A stretch of DNA of 64,000 nucleotides. Source: Candidatus Uhrbacteria bacterium. GTDB taxonomy: Bacteria; Patescibacteriota; Patescibacteriia; JACQRZ01. The DNA lies in the NCBI GenBank assembly GCA_016188385.1, contig JACPHV010000021.1:2649-66648 (forward strand), given 5' to 3'. The position numbers were made by a program, and so were the translations under genes. The notes beneath the pieces are model-generated. The model saw only the letters and a list, made by a program, of their open reading frames with translations. It was not told the origin of the DNA and ran no database searches. Positions 1 to 10,500 of this stretch are shown piece after piece (within the stretch, counting starts at the first letter, position 1; each line of letters begins with the position of its first letter).

Positions 1-586
1 CTTCCACGTGTCCATCGCCCTTTTTATACATCTCGAGAATATTTTTGATCAAGCTCATTCCATTCTCACCTCTATCATCAAGACGGCCGACAAACGGTGA
101 AAGAAACACTTGACCCTTTGTCGCGCCTCGCGTCGCCGCGTATACGGCTGCCGCTTGTTCTTGAGAAAACACAAGAGTCATATTGATCCGCATGTTCTCG
201 GCGATCGCCTGGTGCGCCGCTTTTAATCCTTCAGCGGTAGTGGGAAGTTTTATATGCGCGTTTGGTATCCATGAATACATCTTGCGTCCCTCCGCGAGCA
301 TATCTTCGGCTGTTGTCTCACGATCGGCGTATACTTCGACAGAGACGGAACCGTGCGGGATCAAAACAGAAATTTCTTGAACAATATCTTTATAGAACCC
401 CAACAACTCATCAGCTGAAAATTTCTCTCCTCTCTCAATCCGCTTGCGTGCTTCAGGATTTTTTGCAATCAGTGATGGGTTCGTAGTCTGGCCATCAAGA
501 AATCCCAAGGAATCCAGATAGGTTTTAGTCTCCCGAGCGTCCCCTCCATCGAGAAAAATTTTTGATCTAAGATTTTCTGGTTTCAT
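1..586 (-). CDS. tal: Transaldolase (TalC/FSA-like), N-terminal part; C-terminus runs off the window
   Basis: The reverse-strand translation starts MKPENLRSKIFLDGGDARETKTYLDSLGFLDGQTTNPSLIAK..., which matches the transaldolase family N-terminus. Its start overlaps the tkt stop in an ATGA arrangement at 583-586. It is not in the ORF track because it is truncated by the window edge. Confidence 0.75.
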   Translation of the reverse strand, partial: MKPENLRSKIFLDGGDARETKTYLDSLGFLDGQTTNPSLIAKNPEARKRIERGEKFSADELLGFYKDIVQEISVLIPHGSVSVEVYADRETTAEDMLAEGRKMYSWIPNAHIKLPTTAEGLKAAHQAIAENMRINMTLVFSQEQAAAVYAATRGATKGQVFLSPFVGRLDDRGENGMSLIKNILEMYKKGDGHVE

Positions 587-2442
587 AGAAGCTCTTTTAC
601 CTTCTTTACAATCGCATCTTTGTTGATCTGTTCATAGGCAAGCAATTCATCAGGTTTGCCGCTTCTCGGCATCTTACGCACAGCAAGAGAGTACACCGGC
701 GTGCTTTGATCTGATAACGCCGCGCTGACAGCCTCTCCGATACCGCCTTCAGGATAATGGTCTTCCACGGTAATAATTGCGCGCGTCTCTGATGCGCATT
801 GCCGAAGCGTCTCAAGGTCGAGAGGCTTAACACTATACAAATCAACGACCCGGATTGCAATCCCGTCGTCGTGTAACGCTTCATATGCGGCAAGAGCTTC
901 GTACAGCGTCACACCCGCACCGATAACAGTGGCTGTGTCATTCGCCGATGACCGCAAGACTTTTGACCCGCCGATTGGAAACTGCTCATCCGGCCGATAC
1001 AAAAGAGGGGTGGCCATGCGTGTTGTACGGATATAAACGATACCACGATATTTCGCGGCTTCTTCTGCCAATGCCTCTGCCGCATAGGCATCAGACGGAT
1101 ACAGCACCACGCTTCCTGACAAAGTACGAAATAATGAAAGATCCTCAAGTCCCATTTGCGAAGCTCCATCTTCTCCGATCGATACTCCCGCATGAGAGCC
1201 GACAAATTTTATATTCGCATCCGAGTATTGGCCCATGCGGATCTGATCATACGCGCGTGAAAAAAAAGCGGCAAAAGTAGAGACGAATGGAATCTTCCCC
1301 CTTCGAGAAAATCCGAGCGCCACGCCGACCATATTCTGTTCCATGATATACATTTCAAAAAACCGATCCGGGAATTTCTTTGCAAAAATCTCCGCGTATG
1401 TAGAATTGCTCACCTCGGCATCCAGCACAACAATGTCAGAATACTTTGGGTAAAGCCGAGCGAGCGCGTTGCCGTACGCGAGTCTGGTGGCAACCGGTTT
1501 CGTGTATTCGCAAAAGGGGGTTGGAACGGATGTAGATTCAATTCTTAATTCTTGTCTATCCGGTTTTGCCACCATTCCATGCATTGATCGATCAATTTCT
1601 CCAAGTCCAACCACTGCTTTCTCATAGTCCTCGTGAGGAATGGCTTTCCCGTGCCATCCATCCTTATCTTCAATCGCTGGCACACCTTTGCCTTTGAGTG
1701 TCTTCGCGATGATCATCACGGGTTTGCCTTGTACCGTGCGAGCATATTCGTATCCTTTACAGATCGCGTCAAGGTCATGTCCATTGATCACGAAGGTATC
1801 CCAACCGAAAGCCGATACACGCTCCTCATAAGCCTTCAAATCATGCCCGTACATTGTCTGCCCGCGTTGCCCCAAACGGTTGACATCCAAAATACCGACC
1901 AGATTGTCTAATCCGTAGTGCGCGGCGAGCTGCATCGCTTCCCATACCGAACCCTCACTCATCTCGCTATCGCCAAGCAAAACGTATGTGCGATAGGGCA
2001 GATGATCGACAAACTTTGCGTTCATAGCCATGCCCACGCCGATAGAAAGTCCTTGACCGAGTGAACCGGTTGGAGCTTCGGTGTAGGGAAATGCAAGGGT
2101 CGGATGTCCCTCGAGCGGGCTGCCAAAAACACGCAATGTGTCAAGCTCTTCTTCGCTCACTTTGCCCGCCGCCGCATAGAGCGCATACAACAGCGGCGAC
2201 GCGTGTCCTTTGGAAAAAATCAGACGGTCATTCGCAGGATGCTGCGGATTATCGAGATCCGCTCGGAATATACCGCCAAACAACAAACCGACCATCAGGT
2301 CGGTCGCTGATAAACTGGTTGATGGGTGACCCGAGCCCGCCTTCGTGGTAGAACGAAGAATGAAATAACGGACGAGCTTTGCAAGAGCCTCAAGATTGGT
2401 ATTCATACGTATCAGTGTGCCGATCAGCACACTCTTTGTCAA
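583..2442 (-). CDS. tkt: Transketolase (full length, 619 aa)
   Basis: GSGHPSTSLSATD, GDSEMSEG (TPP motif) and the GVSIGEDGASQMGLED pyrimidine-binding region are present. It is a full three-domain transketolase. Confidence 0.9.
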   Translation of the reverse strand: MTKSVLIGTLIRMNTNLEALAKLVRYFILRSTTKAGSGHPSTSLSATDLMVGLLFGGIFRADLDNPQHPANDRLIFSKGHASPLLYALYAAAGKVSEEELDTLRVFGSPLEGHPTLAFPYTEAPTGSLGQGLSIGVGMAMNAKFVDHLPYRTYVLLGDSEMSEGSVWEAMQLAAHYGLDNLVGILDVNRLGQRGQTMYGHDLKAYEERVSAFGWDTFVINGHDLDAICKGYEYARTVQGKPVMIIAKTLKGKGVPAIEDKDGWHGKAIPHEDYEKAVVGLGEIDRSMHGMVAKPDRQELRIESTSVPTPFCEYTKPVATRLAYGNALARLYPKYSDIVVLDAEVSNSTYAEIFAKKFPDRFFEMYIMEQNMVGVALGFSRRGKIPFVSTFAAFFSRAYDQIRMGQYSDANIKFVGSHAGVSIGEDGASQMGLEDLSLFRTLSGSVVLYPSDAYAAEALAEEAAKYRGIVYIRTTRMATPLLYRPDEQFPIGGSKVLRSSANDTATVIGAGVTLYEALAAYEALHDDGIAIRVVDLYSVKPLDLETLRQCASETRAIITVEDHYPEGGIGEAVSAALSDQSTPVYSLAVRKMPRSGKPDELLAYEQINKDAIVKKVKELL

Positions 2443-2454
2443 ATCAATCGATCT

Positions 2455-3894
2455 CTACGGATGAAGCGTGGCGCGTTCTATCGGACCGTCAGTCCCTTTC
2501 TTATATAAAACGACTTGCTGATCTGACCGCTTCCAGGAACGAAGGACATTGTCGACAAAACGCCAGCTTGCCATGATCTCCGGCGTACTGACAAAAAGCG
2601 TCTGGTTTCCTTCCAACACATCAAGCAAGAGCTTCTCATACGGCCCCATAAACTCGGTGTCCGGATATGCTTGTTTGTAGTCGAATACGAAATCGTTTTC
2701 TTCGATTTTCATTTCGGTGCCGGGACGTTTGACCCAAAAAGACATCGAGATACGTTCTTGCGGCTGAATCTGGTAGCGCAACACGTTATGGAAATGCGCA
2801 TCACCGGGGCATAGGCACGGCGCAGGGTGACGAAACCGTACGGATATTTTTGCGATCGCGTCTTTTAACGCTTTGCCGTTTTCCAAAATAATCGGCACGC
2901 CGCGCCACCGGCGGGTACGAATAAATGCCCTGATCATATAGTACGTCTCTGTTTGAGTATCAGGCGCGACGTTTTTTTCACGCGCATACCCTTCATACTG
3001 TCCCCGAATCGTATGCTCGCGAACAGTTCGCGTCGTATAGGGCGCAAGGGCGCGGAGCACTTCTGCCCGCCCCGCGCGGATCGTATCCGCGCTAAAATCC
3101 TTGGGAGTATCCATTGTAAAGAGCGCGAGCAACTGTAGGATATGATTTTGCCCCATATCGCGGAGCATCCCGACTCCGTCAAACAACTCTCCTCTGCCTT
3201 CAATATCAATTTTTTCCGAAATTTTAATATGAATGCGTTCGATAAAATCATTGTTCCACGCATGCTCCAAAAATGAATTTGAAAAACGGAACGCAAGGAT
3301 GTTTTGCACCGTCTCTTTTCCAAGATAATGATCAATGCGATAGACCTGTTCTTCGGAAAAAAGCTTTCCCAAAAGCGCGTCAAGTTTTTCTGCTGTTTTT
3401 AAATTTTTTCCGAATGGTTTTTCTACAATTACCCTGGTCCATCCACTTTCCTCTGAGTGAGAAGAAGCAAGATGTGAGTCAGCCAAATGGCGAAAGATGG
3501 TTTCATAATATTCCGGAGGCACTGCCAGATAAAAAAACTTATTTGCGCACGTACTCCATTCCTTATCACGCACTCCCAGTCGTTGCGCGAGTTTATTGTA
3601 CCCATCTACAGTATCGAAAAAACCGCTACTGTAGCTGAAAAGATGGAGAAACGGATGAATAACTCCCTCGTCGAGATTCTTGATGCGATCTTGAAGGCTT
3701 GCCAAAACAAGTGCGCGAAATTCATCATCGCTCCACTCACGCCGAGAATACCCGATCACATGAAAAAGAGGCGGAAGGAGTTTTCTCTGATAGAGCTGGT
3801 AAAGAGATGGGATTAGCTTGCGGCGCATCAAATCTCCGGTTGCTCCAAAAACGATAAAAATGGTTGGCGTGGTGGATTTTGAAAAATCAGTCAT
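2455..3894 (-). CDS. zwf: Glucose-6-phosphate 1-dehydrogenase
   Basis: IFGATGDLMRRKL N-terminal NADP motif and the RIDHYLGKE signature are present. It sits 12 nt upstream of tkt. Confidence 0.9.
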   Translation of the reverse strand: MTDFSKSTTPTIFIVFGATGDLMRRKLIPSLYQLYQRKLLPPLFHVIGYSRREWSDDEFRALVLASLQDRIKNLDEGVIHPFLHLFSYSSGFFDTVDGYNKLAQRLGVRDKEWSTCANKFFYLAVPPEYYETIFRHLADSHLASSHSEESGWTRVIVEKPFGKNLKTAEKLDALLGKLFSEEQVYRIDHYLGKETVQNILAFRFSNSFLEHAWNNDFIERIHIKISEKIDIEGRGELFDGVGMLRDMGQNHILQLLALFTMDTPKDFSADTIRAGRAEVLRALAPYTTRTVREHTIRGQYEGYAREKNVAPDTQTETYYMIRAFIRTRRWRGVPIILENGKALKDAIAKISVRFRHPAPCLCPGDAHFHNVLRYQIQPQERISMSFWVKRPGTEMKIEENDFVFDYKQAYPDTEFMGPYEKLLLDVLEGNQTLFVSTPEIMASWRFVDNVLRSWKRSDQQVVLYKKGTDGPIERATLHP

Positions 3895-3924
3895 AGATCA
3901 ATCGTACCCGACAAAAAGCAAAAT

Positions 3925-3962
3925 TGCAAAAAAAAATAAGACCCGTTTTGTCCGACGGGTCT
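3925..3962 (-). terminator. Rho-independent terminator after the B12-rSAM gene (minus-strand orientation)
   Basis: An 8 bp stem AGACCCGT/ACGGGTCT (3939-3962) with an 8 nt loop is followed, in minus orientation, by an A/T run (3925-3938). It lies just downstream of the gene's stop at 3998. Confidence 0.5.
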
Positions 3963-3997
3963 AAAAAATGAGAAACGTTTCAGGATCGAATTCCGGT

Positions 3998-5743
3998 TTA
4001 CAAAAGCGTGCGTGCGAATGTCGCCACGTCATTGAAGCTCCTGAAGCTCGCTTGGCGCCCCAGCTCTTCTTTGACTATGGTATTCGCCTTCACGATGGCG
4101 TTGTCCAAATGTTTGACACCCGGTTCGGGCGGCACCACTTGCGCCATTCGTTTGAGTTCGTCCCATGTGTAGCGACCGCGATTCACCCACCACGGAATAG
4201 TCGAGGTTACGCCGTATGCCCAATGCTTCCGACACGCCTGCTCGAGAATATCTCGCGTCGCTTCTACCTTCTTACGAGAGATAGCGCGATAACGGAAATC
4301 TCGGTTGAGGTGCAGAGGCTTGAAATCCGCATCCGCTTCAATCAACTGACTGTGAGTCTCCCCCATCTCTTCCGGACTGTGTCGGGTGAGCCGATACCGT
4401 CCTGATTTTATGGTAAGGATGTAATCTCCATGTTCTTCCAGAAACGCCGTCCACGCGAGCCCCCAATGAAGAGATTCACCTGGAATTCCAACGATCAAGA
4501 AAACATGCGTTTGGATGCCTGCCGCTTTGAGATTGGCGAGGATAACGCCGTAATTCTTCGGTGTATTCCATTTTTTGTTTTCTCGCGACAGAGTGTCCGG
4601 CGACAACGTCTCGAGCCCAAGTTGCACCGCGCGACAACCAGCTTCATACAGCTTTACGCATACTGCCGGATTTAACAGTTGGTCGGTTACGGTTACATAA
4701 CACTCCCACGTAGCCGGGTGGTTAAGTCGCAGAAGTTCCTTGCCCAATGCGATTTGCACGGGGATCGGAAACAACTCGTCCGTAATCTCAAAACGCGTTG
4801 CGCCGAGATTGATCATGTGTTCGGCTATTCGCCGAGGACTCATGGTCCGTGGTCTATGCAGAAAAGTATCGCTTGCGGCCCCAATCGCGCAGAACCCGCA
4901 CTGCATGTAGCAGTTTGATGCGGTGTAGAGCGAAGGGACGAAGTCGGGCGACCATTGCCTTGCGCCGCCATCGAAGTCCGGTGTTGGAAGCGTTTCGAAG
5001 TTTGTCGGATTTTGAGTGGCAGAATTAACCACCACCTCACCGTTCTTTCTCCAAGCGACACCCGAAGCATGAGCCGGGTTGAGCGTTGCCGCAAGTGCCG
5101 CAAGCGGCTGGAAGCCTTCCCGATGCACAATGGCGTCGCAGTAGTTGAAAAACTGCGCAAACTCGGACATATGGAAGGCGTGAGTTACGCGCGACCAGAA
5201 GTTGCCACCGAGAACCACCAAGCACCGAGGAAATTCATCTTTCACCATCGAGGCGAGGATGAGCGCCTGAATGAACTGGCGTTCGTCTGCGACGCTGATG
5301 CCATAGAGATCGGGTTTGAAATCGCGCGCGAACGGCAACTCCACTTTAGTGAAGTAGTCATACCACACATGGTGCTCACGATTCTTTACCGCCTCCAGCG
5401 CACGCTCGATAGAACCGTCATAGTAGCTTGAAACAAAACTTACATTGTTTCGCGCCACCTCGAACCTGTCATGAATAGCAATACCGTTCGACACGCGCTC
5501 GAAAGTTATACGGGCTTCGTAAAGCGCATGAATGTCACTGTGCGGATTCCGTATTACCGCAAGCGCACTTTCAACATCCGCGCCGCCGTGTTCCTTGAGC
5601 ACGTATTCAAGGCCGAGTATGTGTCCGTAGCGCTGTATCACTTCGTGCCCATCGCTTTGAAGCATCGCGGCGAGCTGTGCGATTCCGCCAGGGATGTGCC
5701 ATGGAGATGACACCGGCGGGTATTGCAATATAATGCGAGCCAT
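3998..5743 (-). CDS. B12-binding domain / radical SAM (class B) protein
   Basis: A CYMQCGFC (CxxxCxxC) radical-SAM cluster motif follows an N-terminal cobalamin-binding-like domain (MARIILQYPP...). The start was moved to the internal ATG at 5743, which is preceded by AAGGGAG at -8. The track ORF extends to 5848. Confidence 0.7.
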   Translation of the reverse strand: MARIILQYPPVSSPWHIPGGIAQLAAMLQSDGHEVIQRYGHILGLEYVLKEHGGADVESALAVIRNPHSDIHALYEARITFERVSNGIAIHDRFEVARNNVSFVSSYYDGSIERALEAVKNREHHVWYDYFTKVELPFARDFKPDLYGISVADERQFIQALILASMVKDEFPRCLVVLGGNFWSRVTHAFHMSEFAQFFNYCDAIVHREGFQPLAALAATLNPAHASGVAWRKNGEVVVNSATQNPTNFETLPTPDFDGGARQWSPDFVPSLYTASNCYMQCGFCAIGAASDTFLHRPRTMSPRRIAEHMINLGATRFEITDELFPIPVQIALGKELLRLNHPATWECYVTVTDQLLNPAVCVKLYEAGCRAVQLGLETLSPDTLSRENKKWNTPKNYGVILANLKAAGIQTHVFLIVGIPGESLHWGLAWTAFLEEHGDYILTIKSGRYRLTRHSPEEMGETHSQLIEADADFKPLHLNRDFRYRAISRKKVEATRDILEQACRKHWAYGVTSTIPWWVNRGRYTWDELKRMAQVVPPEPGVKHLDNAIVKANTIVKEELGRQASFRSFNDVATFARTLL

Positions 5744-5903
5744 TGAGTATACTCCCTTCATGCAGTGAGTGTGTTTCTCATTGTTGAAATGAACGGCTCT
5801 TAGGCCTAAAAGTTTGCTCACTCTAATTGTATAGAAATGTAGTGTCAATGATTATTGACATTTATTTTTTCAAATATGCCTTTTTTTGCTTTATTTATAA
5901 AGA

Positions 5904-5932
5904 TTGACAAGCCTTGCACTATATTATATAAT
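5904..5932 (+). promoter_or_regulatory. Sigma-70-like promoter, TTGACA-17 nt-TATAAT
   Basis: A perfect -35 TTGACA (5904-5909), a 17 nt spacer and a perfect -10 TATAAT (5927-5932) lie 29 nt upstream of the TrmB-family gene start. It sits in the AT-rich divergent intergenic region. Confidence 0.5.
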
Positions 5933-5960
5933 ACTATTGTCGAAATAAATCCACACATTT

Positions 5961-6761
5961 ATGGAACAAGCTCTCCTTGAATTCGGTCTCTCACAAAAGG
6001 AAGTGAAGGTATACTTGGCCTTGGTTCTTCTAGGCACAACGCCAATTACCCCTCTGGCGAAACAAGCGCAAATCAACCGTACAACAACGTACGATATTAT
6101 TGAATCGCTGATTCAGCATGGTTTGGTATCGCGTGTAGGTGGTATAAAGAAAGAAACATTCACATCCGAGCCGCCGGAAAAAATACCGCTTCTGCTTGAG
6201 GCGCGGATGAGAAAATTGAACCAGCAAATGATAAAAGCGCAGTCGCTTGTGCGCCAGTTAAAATTTTTTGGTTCTCGCCAACCCGGGAGACCGAAAATCA
6301 GTCTTTATGATGGCAGTGCGGGAATCAAAAATTTATACGAGGATTCGCTCCTCACATCAGAAGATATTCGCTCTTTTTCGTCCACGGAATCATTGGAATC
6401 ATTTGATCCTGCCTTTCTCCATGAATACTATGAACAACGTGCCAATAAAAAAATTTTCATAAGGGCGATTATCAATGATGTGCACTCTGCTCATGAGTAC
6501 CAAAAACAAGATAGGAAACTGCATCGTGAATTACGCATCGTCCCAAAAGATATGATGGATATACGACCGGAAATATATATGTATGACAACAAGGTTGCGA
6601 TTTTTTCTTTGGAAGAAAAATTCGGCGTTCTGCTTGAATCAATTGATATCGCCAATGCCTTAAAAAAACTATATGACCTCGCCTGGGAGAAAGCAAAAGA
6701 ATACGACAGCAGGATTAAAAAGAAACGGCGGCAGACCGGATGCCCGCTTCCGCGCGGATGA
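5961..6761 (+). CDS. TrmB-family transcriptional regulator
   Basis: N-terminal winged HTH (LEFGLSQKEVKVYLALVLLGTTPITPLAKQAQINRTTTYDIIESLIQHGLV), typical of TrmB-type sugar regulators. It is divergent from the B12-rSAM gene. Confidence 0.65.
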   Translation: MEQALLEFGLSQKEVKVYLALVLLGTTPITPLAKQAQINRTTTYDIIESLIQHGLVSRVGGIKKETFTSEPPEKIPLLLEARMRKLNQQMIKAQSLVRQLKFFGSRQPGRPKISLYDGSAGIKNLYEDSLLTSEDIRSFSSTESLESFDPAFLHEYYEQRANKKIFIRAIINDVHSAHEYQKQDRKLHRELRIVPKDMMDIRPEIYMYDNKVAIFSLEEKFGVLLESIDIANALKKLYDLAWEKAKEYDSRIKKKRRQTGCPLPRG

Positions 6762-6804
6762 CACAGGCTCAGATTATATTGATCTTTTTTAAAATCTTAC
6801 TATG

Positions 6805-6975
6805 AGACTGTAGAAAAATAGCTTCCTGGTCATTTCCGATTCAATTTCATCCCAAAAAGGATGATGAACGCGAAGGAATACTGGAGTATTCCGACAAGTT
6901 CAGCGCCTTTTTGGGATGAAATTGGGCGGAAAGGAGCCGGAAGAAAGTACCATCTGATATTTTGCTACGGTCTCA
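6805..6975 (+). repeat. MITE-like palindromic repeat, copy A (full, ~171 bp)
   Basis: The text is near-identical to the reverse complement of 49428-49600. Terminal inverted repeats are GAGACTGTAGAAAAATA and (reverse complement) GAGACCGTAGCAAAATA. The internal hairpin CAATTTCATCCCAAAAAGG / CCTTTTTGGGATGAAATTG has a central 18 bp palindrome GGAATACTGGAGTATTCC. Confidence 0.7.
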
Positions 6976-7547
6976 TCATACAACTTTGCAAAATATATAC
7001 GGTCTTTATGCGATTTGCGCACTTTAATGATGGGAAACCCTATCCTGTCCTCGCTTTGTTGTACTCGTCTGGAATCATCGATCATTAAAATTTTACCGCG
7101 TGACTTAGCATATAATCCCCGTAACATTTTTTCTTTGGTGATTTGGGGGGTAACCAATACCCTTGAGAAATAGTGCGCCAATCCTGATTGTTGAAGTTTG
7201 ACTCTCTGATAGGAGGAGTCGCCATGAGTCACAAGATACAGGGGCGCAAACTGCCGCGCGCGAGAGAGAAAAGTACGAACGCCGGAAAATACGTATCTGT
7301 CAGAAGAACGCACAAGCGCGGTAATCTCCGCGAGCAAGGCGCGTGATTCCCTCCTCGGCAACCCGAGATGAGAGACATATCTCGATGGCGTAAAACGCTG
7401 CGCCACTGCCGCGCGGTACGCTTCTTTTGCCCGCATGCGCGATACGCCGTACGAGCGAGAATGCGCGTATACGTCTTCGCGGATACGCACTGTATCGAGA
7501 AGCGTATGATCAAGATCGATGCAAATCGGAAAGATAGTCTTATTCAT
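6900..7547 (-). CDS. HAD-superfamily hydrolase
   Basis: Motif I ICIDLDHTLLDT (DxDxT), motif II VTHG and motif IV MIDDS are present. The start was set to the internal Met (MNKTIF...). The last ~25 codons are encoded by MITE copy A. Confidence 0.65.
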   Translation of the reverse strand: MNKTIFPICIDLDHTLLDTVRIREDVYAHSRSYGVSRMRAKEAYRAAVAQRFTPSRYVSHLGLPRRESRALLAEITALVRSSDRYVFSGVRTFLSRARQFAPLYLVTHGDSSYQRVKLQQSGLAHYFSRVLVTPQITKEKMLRGLYAKSRGKILMIDDSRRVQQSEDRIGFPIIKVRKSHKDRIYFAKLYDETVAKYQMVLSSGSFPPNFIPKRR

Positions 7548-10500
7548 TTCTCTTGCGTTGATAGTATTGTAAGAAAAGACCGCCAAAAACCACTGTGATC
7601 GCAACGAGCGCGGCAACGCCATATGACGGCAGCGTTGCGTGCCGAGCAACAATCGTATATTCCGGATTCTCTGTCACTTCGACCCGGCGCGAACTCGTAA
7701 TCACGATATCATCGGCTGTACGAGGCAAGATACGGTAGCCGCTCGCAGTTTTACCGACTATGCCGATCACGTCAACCAACTGCCCTTTTTGCACATCCAT
7801 TTTTTCAATGCCCGTGGACTTTTTTACGTACGCGCGGATCTCTCCTGTAGCATCTTTCAAATAAATATGCGGCCAGCGCACTTGCGTCACTTCACCGGAT
7901 ATTGTCGCAAGCGCGTTGAGCGTCTCATCATTGATGGATTGTATTGTGAGCTGCGCTCTCTCTACCGTTTTGCCGTCTCCATTTGATAACGCGCGCACAC
8001 TCCCTTCTGATCCGATTGAGACAGCCGGGCCGCTGACATACTTCTTGAAAGAACCGCGAGCTTCTAAAAAATCGCCAATGGCAAATTTCGGCAGATCACT
8101 CTTTGCGTACCTTACAAGCATACCATTCTTTCCGTCGCTGATATAGAGCTCCGTTGGATCAAACAATCCGGCTGGCACTGTTACGGTGCCTCGCACTAAA
8201 ATAGGCGTATTTTGTTTCACGCCGCGCAGTTGTTCAAAATCATGGATAGGCAAATTCGATGCTGTGTTTTTATCCTTGGCACTCGGTTGCTGTAGGGTAT
8301 GTTCCGATTCTGATAAAATGACTGTGTCATTTGGCGGAACTTGCTTGCTTATTTTTACCCCCGCAATGATATTTTTCACGCCTCGCGAAATATCAGAAGT
8401 CCATATCCAATCATTAGCTTCACCGCGCGCAAAACTTTTTCCTTCCGGCGATTCTGTGTAGTCAATACTGTCTATGGCGGTACCGTACCAATCGCGCAAT
8501 ACGAGCTCATCACCGCTGTTACGCAGGACAAACCCTCTTCCGTTCGTCGGAGTCACAAAAAATCCGTAGGGAGGTACGTGGCTTCCTTGCGGAATCGTAT
8601 AGTGCGTCCTGCCGCCCTGGAGCTCAATGATCCATTGTGAAATATCAACAGCGGCATCGCCTGCGTTGTATAATTCGATAAATTCCTGTCCGCGATCGGG
8701 GCCCGTGGGATTTGGCAATAATTCATTAAAAAAGATGGTGGGTGAAGAAGTTGCTGTTTCGGTGGGAACCGACGGACTCGATGAAGAGATTTCGGATTTT
8801 TTTCGTAACTCTACTGATGACGCGATTGATTCTCGCGGCGTGGGAGAATCAATGATTGTAATATGGCGCGTCTCGATTTTTTCGTGAACCCCTGCTCGCA
8901 CCGTAAGCGCGATTTCATAGATACCGACGGCGCGATAGGTATGAACGGCAGACAAAGACGCTACTACTGCAGGTGAACCGTCTCCAAAATCCCACTCATA
9001 CGCAAGCTGGTCATTGTCAGGATCCTGTGTGTCGCTTGCGTCGAAAAACAATTCCTGGCTTACGGTCCCCGACAGCGGCGCGAAAAGCGCGATACGCGGC
9101 GGTTCGTTTTGTTTTGTCATGATATTAGGTTTGCCGGGTGTCACTGTTTCCGTCCAAGCATAACGATCATCAGCGCCGCGAGCGTAGCTCTTGTTGCGCG
9201 GCGCGTCGATCGCATAGGATGCATGAGTGACTGATTTCTCGCCGCCTTTTTGATAAAGTTTTACGCTGTCTCCGCCGTAATTTTTCAAAGCAATCGCGCT
9301 TGCGCTTCGCGGCACGATGAAATAGGCTTCGGGAGCAAGCAATGTAGAAGACGCATGCGTATCGGAAATCACATACGACACACTACCCGAAACAAGCCGC
9401 CAGCCGTCGATATCGATAGGTTCTTCCCCGCTGTTGTACAGCTCGATGAATTCCTCTGTGCTTGTCGCGGATGGAAACGGATACGGAAACAATTCGGAGA
9501 TCACAATCGCCGATTGATAAGGCGGGGTAGCAGCGGATTTTTCCTCTTTCAAAATATTCGATTCACCGGGAGTCGCATGAACTGTGACGTGAAAATCGTC
9601 TGCATTGTTGAATGTATTGCGCCCATCGGGAAAACGCGCGACTGACGCCGGTGCATATGCGCGCGGCGCGTTGTTTTCAATCACTCCGTCATCCCAGCCG
9701 CCATAGCTGACACTGTCGATTGCCGTGCCTTTTTTATCGCGCACTGTAATGGAGTCACCGGCATTATTCAACATGGCATTTTTGAATTCAAACACGGCGA
9801 ACCGGGCGCTGCCGCTCACGCCGAGAATCTCGGACAGTTTTATCGTGTTGCGCGATCCGTCTTCCAAGAACCATTCTTTCAGATCGATCGGTACCGGACT
9901 ATTGTTATAGAGCTCAACCCACTCGCGCGGATCATCCCCCGGATCAGCAACGAATTCGTTAATCACCACATCGCCCCAAGCCGGTTTCCATGGTGACTGG
10001 ATCGTTGCGTTCGGAGCTGAAGAAGACGCAACTTGGTCGGATTGGCCGTCGACTGGAGGATTATCGGCAGCCATTTCATAGACGTTCTTCGCGCCAATAG
10101 TATTCGTACCAGCTGCTGACTCGATCCAATTTGCGCCAGTATAATCATTGATGTCCGCCGATATGCGCTGGAGAGAACCGTCAGGGGCGGGCAGATAAGT
10201 AAATTGCTCAATGATCGACCCATCCGCGGATGCAAGCGCAATCGCTTCTCCGTCTGCACGCAGAGTCTGCCAAGCGCTGTCGATGAGCGTGCCTGTAAAA
10301 GCAGGGTAGTCGGCAGCCGTAGCTGCCGCATTATCCGCGATGACCGCGTATTCACCCGGATCGATAGTCAGGTCACCGCGGTATTCCTTCAAACCATGAT
10401 TTGTCCCGTCTTCGACGAATTTCCAACCCGTAATGTCTATTGAACTGCTTCCTTTATTATATATCTCAATCCATTCATGCTCGGATTTTTCATACGCCGC

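Noticed and set aside
6861-7088. 75 aa plus-strand ORF (MMNAKEYWSIPTSSAPFWDEIGRKG...)
   Set aside because: It lies entirely inside MITE copy A and the HAD gene on the opposite strand. The same peptide would be encoded by every copy of the repeat. It is a by-product of the palindromic repeat.
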